DNA from: an uncultured bacterium
GTDB lineage: Bacteria; Abyssobacteria; SURF-5
Length of the DNA stretch: 64,000 nt
Reading direction: 5' to 3'
NCBI GenBank assembly: GCA_964607485.1
Contig: CAZSKP010000015.1
Span: forward strand, 1 to 64,000
The position numbers and the translations under genes were made by a program. Positions within the stretch are counted from its first letter, which is position 1. Every line of letters begins with the position of its first letter. Of the stretch, positions 29,532 to 38,199 are shown in pieces. The notes under the pieces were generated by a model that saw only the letters and a program-made list of their open reading frames with translations, was not told where the DNA came from and did not search any database.

Positions 29532-30938
29532 ATGATGCTGCATCGGCAAAAAGTCGTTTTTGCGATTGGCGTGCTTGTCGTTTTGCTCGGAGTTGTGCTA
29601 CAGATGACCGCGCTCTGTGAAGAAGAAAAGGCCCCGCCGGAACAGGGGGCAGAAAAATATTCGCCGCTGCTCGGCATCGCCACCCAGACCGACCCCTTTG
29701 CACCCTCCAGGCTCGAGACCGCCACAGGAGAGGTTGTCTCGTCGGAACAGTTTCTGAATCCGGACCGCTGCAAGACGTGCCACCCGGAAATCTACGCCCA
29801 ATGGAAGGGCTCGATGCACTCGAACTCATGGAACGACCCTCTCTTTCAGGCGCTGGTGAAGGTCGCCAGCAAGGAGACCGGCGGGGCAACCGACAAACTC
29901 TGTCTCGGCTGTCACACGCCGGTAGGCCTGATTTCGGGAGAAGTTCCCCCCGTCGCCGACGCCAAGCTGAGCGAGGTCGCCGCGATGGGCGTCTTTTGCG
30001 ATTTCTGCCATACGGTCAGCAAGACCAAGGGCGTGGGCAATCTCCCGGCAATTTCAGAGCCGGGAATTGTGAAGAGGGGACCCTTCAACGACTTCAAGTC
30101 TCCGTTTCACAAGGTGCAGTTTTCCACGCTGCACACCTCTGCCGAGTTCTGCGGCCTGTGCCACAATGTATCGCATCCGGCGAGCGGACTTCCGATAGAA
30201 CAGACGTACAGCGAATGGCTCGCGGGACCGTATCGCGCGGCCGGAGTCACGTGCCAGGACTGCCACATGACTCCCCCCAACCCGCCGACGGCGTTTACGA
30301 AAAATCCCGGAAAGGCCTGCGTCATGGGGCCCGACCGCGAGCACTGGTGGACCCACCAATTCGTTGGTGGCAATGTCGTCGTCCCCGAGCTGAGGGGGTC
30401 GAAGATGCACAGCGATTACGCAAGGAATCGTCTGAAGGCGGCCGCAAAGGTGGAAATCGCTCCGCCCGACAAGATTCAGCAACCCGGTCTGCTGGAGTTC
30501 ACGGTGAAGGTCAGCAACGTCGGATGCGGACATTATCTGCCAACCGGCCTGACCGAGACCCGCGAGATGTGGCTCGACGTGAGCGTTACCGATGCCGACG
30601 GCAATGAGCTCTACCGTTCCGGCGCGCTGGATGAACACGGCGAGATTGAGCCCGATGCCGTCGTCTATCACACCGTCGTCGGCGATGCGAACGGCAATCC
30701 CACCTGGAAGGTGTGGGAGGGCTCGCGCATACTGTACGACTATCGCATCGCGCCGAAAGGCTACCGAATCGAGCGCTACGCCGCTTACGTCCCGGCCGAC
30801 GCCAAGCTGCCGCTGACCGTGCGCGCCACGCTGAACTATCGCAGCGCATCGCCTCATCTCGTCAAGATACTTCTGGGCGATAAAGCGGTCGATATTTCCG
30901 TAATCGAAATGACTCGCGCAGAGGCGTCGGTGGAATGA
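29532..30938 (+). CDS. Periplasmic pentaheme c-type cytochrome with C-terminal Ig-like domain
   Basis: Five CxxCH motifs (CKTCH, CLGCH, CDFCH, CGLCH, CQDCH), N-terminal hydrophobic signal and GHYLPTG; SD GGAGGT before ATG 29532. Confidence 0.9.
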   Translation: MMLHRQKVVFAIGVLVVLLGVVLQMTALCEEEKAPPEQGAEKYSPLLGIATQTDPFAPSRLETATGEVVSSEQFLNPDRCKTCHPEIYAQWKGSMHSNSWNDPLFQALVKVASKETGGATDKLCLGCHTPVGLISGEVPPVADAKLSEVAAMGVFCDFCHTVSKTKGVGNLPAISEPGIVKRGPFNDFKSPFHKVQFSTLHTSAEFCGLCHNVSHPASGLPIEQTYSEWLAGPYRAAGVTCQDCHMTPPNPPTAFTKNPGKACVMGPDREHWWTHQFVGGNVVVPELRGSKMHSDYARNRLKAAAKVEIAPPDKIQQPGLLEFTVKVSNVGCGHYLPTGLTETREMWLDVSVTDADGNELYRSGALDEHGEIEPDAVVYHTVVGDANGNPTWKVWEGSRILYDYRIAPKGYRIERYAAYVPADAKLPLTVRATLNYRSASPHLVKILLGDKAVDISVIEMTRAEASVE

Positions 30939-30945
30939 GCCAGCC

Positions 30946-31626
30946 ATGGCCGAGCTTGCCGAGAAAGTGTGGGGAAATGTTTACCTCGTCGGCGGGAGCG
31001 AAATCTCGCATCCCGCCGATTGTTCGGTCTATCTAATCGACGGGGGAGAGGAACTGGCTCTGATCGACTCGGGCGCCGGACCGGGAATCTCCAACATCAT
31101 CGAGAACATAAGGGCGCTCGGCTTCCCTCCCGAGAAGATAACGCTCGTCGTGTCAACCCACGCCCACATCGACCACATCGGCGGAAACGCTCACCTCAAC
31201 CGCGAATTCGGCTGCCAGATATTCGCGCATCAGCTCGACGCGCACCGAATCGAAACCGGCGAGATGGTCGGGGCCGAGTTCTACGGGGTGTCATACGAAC
31301 CATGCACAGTGGCAAGAATGATGCTGGGCTCGGAAGAGGAACTGCGCGTGGGAAGCGTAAAGTTGAACGCGATACACATTCCGGGCCATACACCGGGCTC
31401 GATCGCTCTGTGGACGGAGGCCGACGGGTTGCGGGTGCTGTTCGGGCAGGATGTCCACGGTCCCTATGTGGCCCAATGGGGAGCGATAATGGGTGAGGTC
31501 GGCGCGTCGCTCAGAAAATTGAAGGCTCTCGATGCCGACATCCTTTGCGAAGGCCACTTCGGCGTCTTTCGTCCGCGCGAAGAGGTGAGCAGCTACATCG
31601 ACCAGTATCTCGTCCGCTATGCCTGA
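30946..31626 (+). CDS. MBL-fold metallo-hydrolase
   Basis: LIDSG, THAHIDHIGG, PGHTPGS and EGH. Confidence 0.92.
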   Translation: MAELAEKVWGNVYLVGGSEISHPADCSVYLIDGGEELALIDSGAGPGISNIIENIRALGFPPEKITLVVSTHAHIDHIGGNAHLNREFGCQIFAHQLDAHRIETGEMVGAEFYGVSYEPCTVARMMLGSEEELRVGSVKLNAIHIPGHTPGSIALWTEADGLRVLFGQDVHGPYVAQWGAIMGEVGASLRKLKALDADILCEGHFGVFRPREEVSSYIDQYLVRYA

Positions 31627-31679
31627 CGGGGCGGGTAAAGCTGCGTCGAACGTCCTGCCTAAACTGCCCGCCGCCGTTC

Positions 31680-31708
31680 TTGACTTATCCGATTTACAGA
31701 GGTACCAT
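31680..31708 (+). promoter_or_regulatory. Putative sigma-70 promoter
   Basis: TTGACT-17 nt-TACCAT upstream of the small Cys-rich ORF. Confidence 0.6.
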
Positions 31709-31843
31709 TAACTCGATAGCTCTGCAAGACTCTTTTTTGGGGGGATCACCCGCCGACAGCATGCCGCGTCAATGAGCCATGACGACGGCAGCGGGCCGGG
31801 CGAAACCGTCTGTCTGATTCGAGACGGCGGAAGGAGGCATGTC

Positions 31844-32044
31844 ATGAGCCAGTACCAGGCGCTTATGAACCCGGAAACAAGAATGCCCATCAAGTGCCCC
31901 ACCCAGAGGGACGCCTCCTGCAACAACCACTGCGCATGGTTCGACAGCGCGAATCGTCAATGTTCCGTGTTGACCATTGCGAGCGCCTTGGCAAAACTCT
32001 CTCAAGCGAGCGAGTCCGGACAGGCCACGTCGGCGCTGCATTGA
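31844..32044 (+). CDS. Small Cys-rich hypothetical protein (66 aa)
   Basis: SD AAGGAGG before ATG 31844; CP-x6-C-x3-CAW-x7-C pattern; fills an otherwise empty gap. Confidence 0.7.
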   Translation: MSQYQALMNPETRMPIKCPTQRDASCNNHCAWFDSANRQCSVLTIASALAKLSQASESGQATSALH

Positions 32045-32124
32045 GAACAAGAAACCGACCCCATCTACTGTGTAGAGGAGTAGGGAATCGGTGGAAGCGG
32101 GATAGTCTGCGATTCTGCTCCGGA

Positions 32125-33192
32125 TCAACCTCTCCTCGCGTACTTCTCGAGCATCTCCGTTGCGGCGCTTATGACCATCTCCGGCGTGATCCTCGTCATG
32201 CACTCATGGTTCGTGGGACATTCCTTGATGTGACAGGGGACACAGTCAAGGTCGTCCACTCTGAGCACCGTCGTCTTTTCGAGGTTGCAGTTCGTGTAGC
32301 GCGGGTCGGTCGGCCCCATCAGGACCACAACGGGCCTGTCGAATGCGACCGCGAAATGCCGCGGCCCGGAATCGACGGTTATCAACAGATCGCATCGCTT
32401 GATGACGGACTTGAGAAGGTCGAGCGCCACGTCTTCTTCGGCGAAGTTCGCCGGCCGTGAGCGAGCCGCTCCGGCGATATCGGCAACTATCTGCTTTTCG
32501 CCCGGTCCTCCCAGGAGCGCCACGTCGCAGTTCTTGCGCTCGACAAGGTTGTCGGCCACCTCGGCGAAGCGCGCCAGCTCCCATAGCTTCGACGAGCCAT
32601 AGGCCGCTCCTGGATTGATAGCGACGACCGCCTTTTCCTTTCCGATTCCGTGCTTGTCGAACAATTCCTCCGCGCGCTGCTCCGAGGCCGCATCGACGAA
32701 AAGTTCTGTCTTCTTCGAGTCCGCCGTGGCGCCGACCGCCTCGCAAAGCCGAAGGTAGTAGTCCACCATCGGTTGAGGCACGAACGTGCCGTTATCGGTG
32801 GGAGGGGGAATGGGGTCGGTCAGCAGGAAGCCGCGTCCCTGCCGGTCGTATCCGACGCGGCGTTTCGCGCCGGAGAGGAACGCGAGAAGGGCGGAGCTGA
32901 ACGAGTTGGGGAGCACCACCGCGAGGTCGTACCGGTTCCGTCGAAGCGCGCGAACGTAGCCGAGGAGCCCCGTCACTCCCCTGTGCTCGCCGTGGCGAGA
33001 GTATTCGATAATCCCGTCGAACCAGGGCGCGCTCTCGACGATCTTGCGGACATACGGGACCAGCATCAGGTCGATGCGCGCGCTGGGGAAATGCAGCCGG
33101 AGGCAGCGGAGCGCGGGCGTCGCCATGACGACGTCGCCCACCCAGTTGGGGAGCCGAACGAGAATGCGTTTGTAGTCCGAAGAGGTATTAAT
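32125..33192 (-). CDS. waaF: LPS heptosyltransferase II (GT9)
   Basis: KRILVRLPNWVGDVVMATP, LPNSFSSA, NPGAAYGSSKLW and DSGPRHFA. The conserved N-terminus lies upstream of the track's GTG 33141, so the start is inferred at ATT 33192. Confidence 0.9.
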   Translation of the reverse strand: MNTSSDYKRILVRLPNWVGDVVMATPALRCLRLHFPSARIDLMLVPYVRKIVESAPWFDGIIEYSRHGEHRGVTGLLGYVRALRRNRYDLAVVLPNSFSSALLAFLSGAKRRVGYDRQGRGFLLTDPIPPPTDNGTFVPQPMVDYYLRLCEAVGATADSKKTELFVDAASEQRAEELFDKHGIGKEKAVVAINPGAAYGSSKLWELARFAEVADNLVERKNCDVALLGGPGEKQIVADIAGAARSRPANFAEEDVALDLLKSVIKRCDLLITVDSGPRHFAVAFDRPVVVLMGPTDPRYTNCNLEKTTVLRVDDLDCVPCHIKECPTNHECMTRITPEMVISAATEMLEKYARRG

Positions 33193-34687
33193 AGCTCCTC
33201 ACCGCTGTGAACAGATTGTATTTGTAGCCGTAGTGCGGTTCCCGCGAGAGCGTCAGCGCCCGCGAAACCTCTTTGTCAATCCGCACGATTGAGTCCTGTG
33301 CCTCGGCCCAGTCTGCGGCCGGGATTTTCTCGGCGTGCTCGATGAGCCTGGCGTACAGTGAAGAACTCGAAAACTCCGCGCGGGCGTTGACGTGCCATGG
33401 AAACGTCGTCTTCAGCTTCTGCAGGAACAGGTTGTGCTCAGGCCCGAAGTCGAGCGCGGATTCGTCGGTGAAATTCGTCAGCCTGTCGAGCTTATCGAAA
33501 TCTATGAATCCTCCCTCGCGCGCGATGTCGTACGCCCGCGTGTTCACATAGGGGAAGAAGACCGACCAGCGGAACCGGCCGGGTTTTATGCGCGCAAGGA
33601 GGTCGATTGTCTCGTGCACTTCGGCCATCGTCTCGTGCGGGAACCCTATGATGACGAAGGCCGACGTGTGAAGTCCGAAGCGTTCGGCGGTGGAAAAGGC
33701 GCGCGCTATGTCGTCGTTCGACATGCGTCGGTTCAGTATCTCGCGTCTTACGCGCTCGCTTCCGCTTTCCAGTCCGAACTTCACGATGCGGCAGCCGGCG
33801 TCCTTCAGGCAGCCGGCCACCTCCTCGTCGAACGCCTTCACGTGCGCATTGCACACAAACGGCATGCCGATGCGCGAGCGGTATTCCTCGCAAAATTCTT
33901 TCAGGTGTTTCTTGTTGAGCGTGAACAGGTCGTCGTCGAAGATTATCATGTTGATGTTCGCGTACGACGAAAGCAGCGTTTCTATTTCCTCGACGACATC
34001 GTTCACGGCATGGTGGCGGATGTAGCCGAGCTCAGAGGCGGCACAGCCGAGGTCGCGCTGATAGAGCTCGCGCAGCCGATGATTGAAACAGTAAGAGCAA
34101 CTGAACGGGCAGCCTCGCGAGCTCATGATGCCGACCCATCCGTCCTTCGCGTCGATCATTTTCTGGAAGTCGAAGATTTCGTAGTCTTTTCGGGGAAGTG
34201 ATCCGAGCGGGACGAACGGACGCACCTTGTTGCGGATGACGCTGCCGTTGCATTTGCACCAGATATTTTCTATTTCGGTCGCCGGTTTCCCTTTGTCCAT
34301 TGAATCGGCAAGCTCCACCATCGCCTGCTCGCCTTCGCCGATGCACACATAATCGAAGCAGTCCTCCTGCAGCACGCCTTCGGGGTCCATCGTGGGATGA
34401 ATGCCGCCGCAGACGATGGGAACGTCGGAATAGCTCTTGATGTCGCACGCGATCTCGCGCGCGATGGAGTACTGGTTTGTCACCACCGAAAATCCGATCA
34501 AGTCGGGCTCGAAGGCGGCGACCTCTTCCCGCACCCTTGGAAGGTCGAACCCGAAACCCAATTGCTCGTTCATATTGAGCAGCGCCGTCGAGTGGCCGTG
34601 CTCCTTCAGACACGCCGACAGGAACGCCACGCCGTAGTTGAATCCCACCTGCGCGTTGAGGTTCGGATATATGAAGAGCACCTTCAT
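33188..34687 (-). CDS. B12-binding-domain radical SAM protein
   Basis: N-terminal cobalamin-binding fold (PDLIGFS, GGIHPT, GEGE), SRGCPFSCSYC, FDDDLF, GLESGS and IGFPHET. Confidence 0.92.
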   Translation of the reverse strand: MKVLFIYPNLNAQVGFNYGVAFLSACLKEHGHSTALLNMNEQLGFGFDLPRVREEVAAFEPDLIGFSVVTNQYSIAREIACDIKSYSDVPIVCGGIHPTMDPEGVLQEDCFDYVCIGEGEQAMVELADSMDKGKPATEIENIWCKCNGSVIRNKVRPFVPLGSLPRKDYEIFDFQKMIDAKDGWVGIMSSRGCPFSCSYCFNHRLRELYQRDLGCAASELGYIRHHAVNDVVEEIETLLSSYANINMIIFDDDLFTLNKKHLKEFCEEYRSRIGMPFVCNAHVKAFDEEVAGCLKDAGCRIVKFGLESGSERVRREILNRRMSNDDIARAFSTAERFGLHTSAFVIIGFPHETMAEVHETIDLLARIKPGRFRWSVFFPYVNTRAYDIAREGGFIDFDKLDRLTNFTDESALDFGPEHNLFLQKLKTTFPWHVNARAEFSSSSLYARLIEHAEKIPAADWAEAQDSIVRIDKEVSRALTLSREPHYGYKYNLFTAVRSY

Positions 34688-34717
34688 GCCAAACTGCGCT
34701 CCGGAATCTTCATGCTG

Positions 34718-36190
34718 TTAAATTCGTTTTCTGTTTTTCACAATCCGCGACATGATGCCCGAGCTTGATGTTCCCTCGATAAGCGGGGCAAGCTCCACCC
34801 GGCCGCCGTACGATTCCACGAAGTCGCGGCCGACCACGGTATCCTTCGTGTAGTCGGCCCCCTTCACGAGCACGTCGGGCTTTATGGCCTTGATGAGTCT
34901 GAGCGGTGTGGTCTCGCCGAATATCACGATGTAATCCACCTGCTCGATGGCCGAAAGGATGTAAGCGCGCTCGTTCTGGTCCAACACCGGCCTTCCCGCT
35001 CCCTTGAGCTTTCTGACCGACGCGTCCGAATTCAGGCCCACGATGAGAATTTCGCCGTTGTTCTTCGCGAATTGAAACAGCTTGATATGGCCGACGTGAA
35101 GCAGGTCGAAGCAGCCGTTGGTGAACACGACTCGCTGGTTTCGCCGCCGGTGTTCTTTGCAGATGGAAATGAGCTCGTCGAGCGGTTTCACCTTGTGCGA
35201 CGCGATGTGATGAAAACCGAGCAGCTCCTGAATGATTTCCGCCCTCGTGACCTGCGCGGCGCCGACCTTGCCGACGACTATTCCTCCGGCCACGTTGGCG
35301 ATCTCGGCGGCCTCCTCGATGGTTCCTCCTCCGGCAAGCACGTATCCGAGCAGGCTGAGGACAGTGTCGCCCGCGCCCGTTATGTCGAACACAGGCCGGC
35401 TCAGACCGGCGATGTGGACGGGCTTGGACGCCTTCCTGAAAATCGTCATTCCCTCGCTTCCCTGCGTGATGACGAGATGCTTTGCCTTTGTCATGCTCAG
35501 GAGCTTGCGGGCCGCCGCCTCGAGCGAAGGCTTGTCAACTATCTCGATGCCCGACGCCTGCGCGGCCTCCGCGCTGTTCGGCTTCAGCACGGCGCATCCG
35601 TTGTAAGAGCGGAAGTCTCTCTGCCGCGCCGGGTCGATGAGCGCAGGCTTGTCGTATTTCCTGCACGCCGACAGAATATCCGCGACCAGTTCGTCGGGAA
35701 TCGTTCCCTTCCCGTAATCAGAGAGCAGCACGGCGTCGCACGAAGGAAGCAGCCGCTCGATGTTTTTCAGCATTTTGGCTTGAAGCGATTGGCTGAGCTC
35801 GCGCGCCTCCTCCTTGTCCACCCGGAGCAGTTGCTGGCTGTGAGCAATCATCCGGGTCTTCACAATGGTCGGGCGCGTCTTATCCCGGAGTACTCCCGAT
35901 GTATCGGCCTTGAGCCTGCCGAGCATCCGGCAGAGGGAGCGGCCGTGGGTGTCGTCGCCCACGACTCCGCAGCAGAGCACGCGCGCGCCGAGCGCGGCAA
36001 GGTTGGCCGCGACGTTGCCCGCGCCGCCTGGCCGGGACTCTTCCGATTTCACCTTCAACACCTGCACGGGCGCCTCGGGCGAGATTCGCTCGACGTCGCC
36101 CCACACGTAGAGGTCGAGCATCAGATCGCCGACCACCAGGACGGTGGGTGGCTGAATCGATTCCAACCGGGCAAGGAGCGTACTTTTCAT
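34718..36190 (-). CDS. hldE: Bifunctional heptose 7-phosphate kinase / heptose 1-phosphate adenylyltransferase
   Basis: GDLMLD...RISPEAPV, GGAGNVA, SDYGKG and DITGAGDT; FTNGCFDLLHVGH and LVKGADY. Confidence 0.96.
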   Translation of the reverse strand: MKSTLLARLESIQPPTVLVVGDLMLDLYVWGDVERISPEAPVQVLKVKSEESRPGGAGNVAANLAALGARVLCCGVVGDDTHGRSLCRMLGRLKADTSGVLRDKTRPTIVKTRMIAHSQQLLRVDKEEARELSQSLQAKMLKNIERLLPSCDAVLLSDYGKGTIPDELVADILSACRKYDKPALIDPARQRDFRSYNGCAVLKPNSAEAAQASGIEIVDKPSLEAAARKLLSMTKAKHLVITQGSEGMTIFRKASKPVHIAGLSRPVFDITGAGDTVLSLLGYVLAGGGTIEEAAEIANVAGGIVVGKVGAAQVTRAEIIQELLGFHHIASHKVKPLDELISICKEHRRRNQRVVFTNGCFDLLHVGHIKLFQFAKNNGEILIVGLNSDASVRKLKGAGRPVLDQNERAYILSAIEQVDYIVIFGETTPLRLIKAIKPDVLVKGADYTKDTVVGRDFVESYGGRVELAPLIEGTSSSGIMSRIVKNRKRI

Positions 36191-37143
36191 CGACCTTTCC
36201 CCTCGGCCATGCAGATGATTCCCATACGCAGCAGCGGCAGCATGATTTCATGATGGCCGGTTATGGAATAGCCGCGCTTCGTCGGCCTGCCGACGACATT
36301 CGTGTTGGGCCGGTAATGCTGGTGCATGTCCAGATTGGCCGTCGTAAATTTCTCTATCCGGTTGCCGAGATTGCGGGCGACGCTGAGAGCCTTGAGGAAC
36401 ACCTCGGGCATGATCACCGCCGAGCCTATGTTCATCCACACGCCTCCTTCGAGGTCCGCCACGACCGAGACAAGCGTGCGGAAATCCACGTGGCTGGCTG
36501 CGGCCAGCTTCTCGGGCGCAAAGTTCGGGTGCATGCTCACCGTATCGGTTCCGAGCGCCAGCATCACGGCGGCGGGCCGGTCGAGTTCGGCTGCGGCGGC
36601 CAGGATGCTGTATCGCGAGTACGGGTTCTTCTGCGAGAGTATCAGCCTGCCGAGCGCTTGTCCGAGTCCGGTTCTCTTCTTCCCGGCCAGGCGGGCGGCA
36701 CGGGCGAATGCCGATGGAGTCTCGCGCACCATCCCGAACGAGCCGTCCCTGAGCGCGGCATCGACATCCTCGGAGGTGCGGCCGACGAGCGAGATTTCGT
36801 AATCATGTATGGCGGTCGCTCCGTGCATTGCGACGGCTGTGATGAATCCTCTTTCCATCAGGTCTATCACGACAGGGCCGAGCCCGCACTTGACGACGTG
36901 CCCGCCGAAGGCGGCGACGACTGGCCTGGAGTGTTCCCTCGCGGCGACGATGTCCTTCATTAGCGCCTTCAGGTTCGAGGCTGCGAGCACTTCGGGGAGC
37001 GATGAGATGAACTCGGCGAAGGTGGCGTCGGGCTCGGGCAGGGAAGCGAACTGTCGCAGCGACACCTTCGTCTTCCGGTCGGTAACGCCGTGTGTCTTCA
37101 CCCGCTTGAGGCTGGCTGGTTTATATTTCTTTTTCTTTGCCAT
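36187..37143 (-). CDS. Conserved hypothetical protein with deoxyhypusine-synthase-like fold, coupled to hldE
   Basis: GGHVVKCG, AIHDYE, TSEDV, GSFGM-ET, NIGSAVIMPEVFLKA and GHHEIM; its stop overlaps the hldE start. Confidence 0.7.
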   Translation of the reverse strand: MAKKKKYKPASLKRVKTHGVTDRKTKVSLRQFASLPEPDATFAEFISSLPEVLAASNLKALMKDIVAAREHSRPVVAAFGGHVVKCGLGPVVIDLMERGFITAVAMHGATAIHDYEISLVGRTSEDVDAALRDGSFGMVRETPSAFARAARLAGKKRTGLGQALGRLILSQKNPYSRYSILAAAAELDRPAAVMLALGTDTVSMHPNFAPEKLAAASHVDFRTLVSVVADLEGGVWMNIGSAVIMPEVFLKALSVARNLGNRIEKFTTANLDMHQHYRPNTNVVGRPTKRGYSITGHHEIMLPLLRMGIICMAEGKGR

Positions 37144-37166
37144 CGAATCCTGCCGGTTGAATGTTG

Positions 37167-38063
37167 TCAGTATAGTGGAGCCTCTCCGGGAGGCCGGGTT
37201 CGCCATCTGCGGTGAACCCAAAACCACTGGCCCGGATACTTTCTGACGTACTCTTCAAGGACGTCCACGCATTTTTGCGTTGTGGCGACCACGTCGGCTT
37301 CCAGGTCGCCCGTCTGGACGACCTCTATCGGTTTTTCGACTATCAGCCTGTGTTTGCCCGGGGCTTCCCGGAGCATGAACGCCGGCACGAGAGCGGCGCC
37401 CGTTCTCAGGGCGAGCACTGCCGGTCCGGGCGTCGTCGCGGCCTTAATTCCGAAGAAATCGACAAAGACATTCTCTTTACGGGTATTCTGGTCGGCGAGA
37501 ATTCCCACTATTTCGTTTCGCTTCAGCTTCCGCACTATCCCGAGCGCCGACGTGCGCCGCGCCATCATCTTCAGCCCCGATGATTCCCTGATTTTGCGTA
37601 CTACTTCCTCCAGTTCGGGGTCGTCGAGCGGCCTTGCCACCGCCGATATCTTGTATCCGGCTATCGCTCCTGCTGCGGCCATCAGCTCCCAGTTGCCGAA
37701 ATGAGAGGCGAGCAGCACCACTCCCTTTCCCGCCTCCAGACACGCATCCAGCCGCTCCCCGTGTTCGGGAGTAATAAACTTGACGCCCTGATCGTAGGTG
37801 AGCGACGGAATCCGCATGAATTCGACTGCGGTCTGACCGACATTGCGAAAGACATCCTTTATTATTTGGTCGATCTCTTCGTCCGACTTGGAGTCGCCGA
37901 AGACCATGCGCAGGTTGTGGCGCGCCACTCTTCGATGACGTGCGTCAAGAATGCGCCCGACATCTCCCAGGACTATCCCGACGCGAGCGGCGGCGACGGG
38001 CGACAACCGACCGAAGAAGCGTGTCAGAACCGCTGCGATGCATCTTAGAATAGCTCCCTTCAT
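37167..38063 (-). CDS. Lipid A biosynthesis lauroyl/myristoyl acyltransferase (HtrB/LpxL family)
   Basis: HFGNWEL, ILADQ, VDFFG and PGQWFWVHRRWRT. Confidence 0.92.
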   Translation of the reverse strand: MKGAILRCIAAVLTRFFGRLSPVAAARVGIVLGDVGRILDARHRRVARHNLRMVFGDSKSDEEIDQIIKDVFRNVGQTAVEFMRIPSLTYDQGVKFITPEHGERLDACLEAGKGVVLLASHFGNWELMAAAGAIAGYKISAVARPLDDPELEEVVRKIRESSGLKMMARRTSALGIVRKLKRNEIVGILADQNTRKENVFVDFFGIKAATTPGPAVLALRTGAALVPAFMLREAPGKHRLIVEKPIEVVQTGDLEADVVATTQKCVDVLEEYVRKYPGQWFWVHRRWRTRPPGEAPLY

Positions 38064-38199
38064 CTACCCCCAGCCGGCGTGTATTGTCGTAACCTGTTAG
38101 CATGCAAGGGACTATAGTCTGAATATCATTATAGGGGAATGGCGCTGAAAACTCAAGCGTTGAAGAAAAGGAGTCCGGAGACAGTTCTTTCCGAACGAG

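Noticed and set aside
31715-31835. Assignment of the leader to c-di-GMP-I or yybP-ykoY riboswitch classes
   Set aside because: The resemblance is only fragmentary, so it is kept as an unassigned structured leader.
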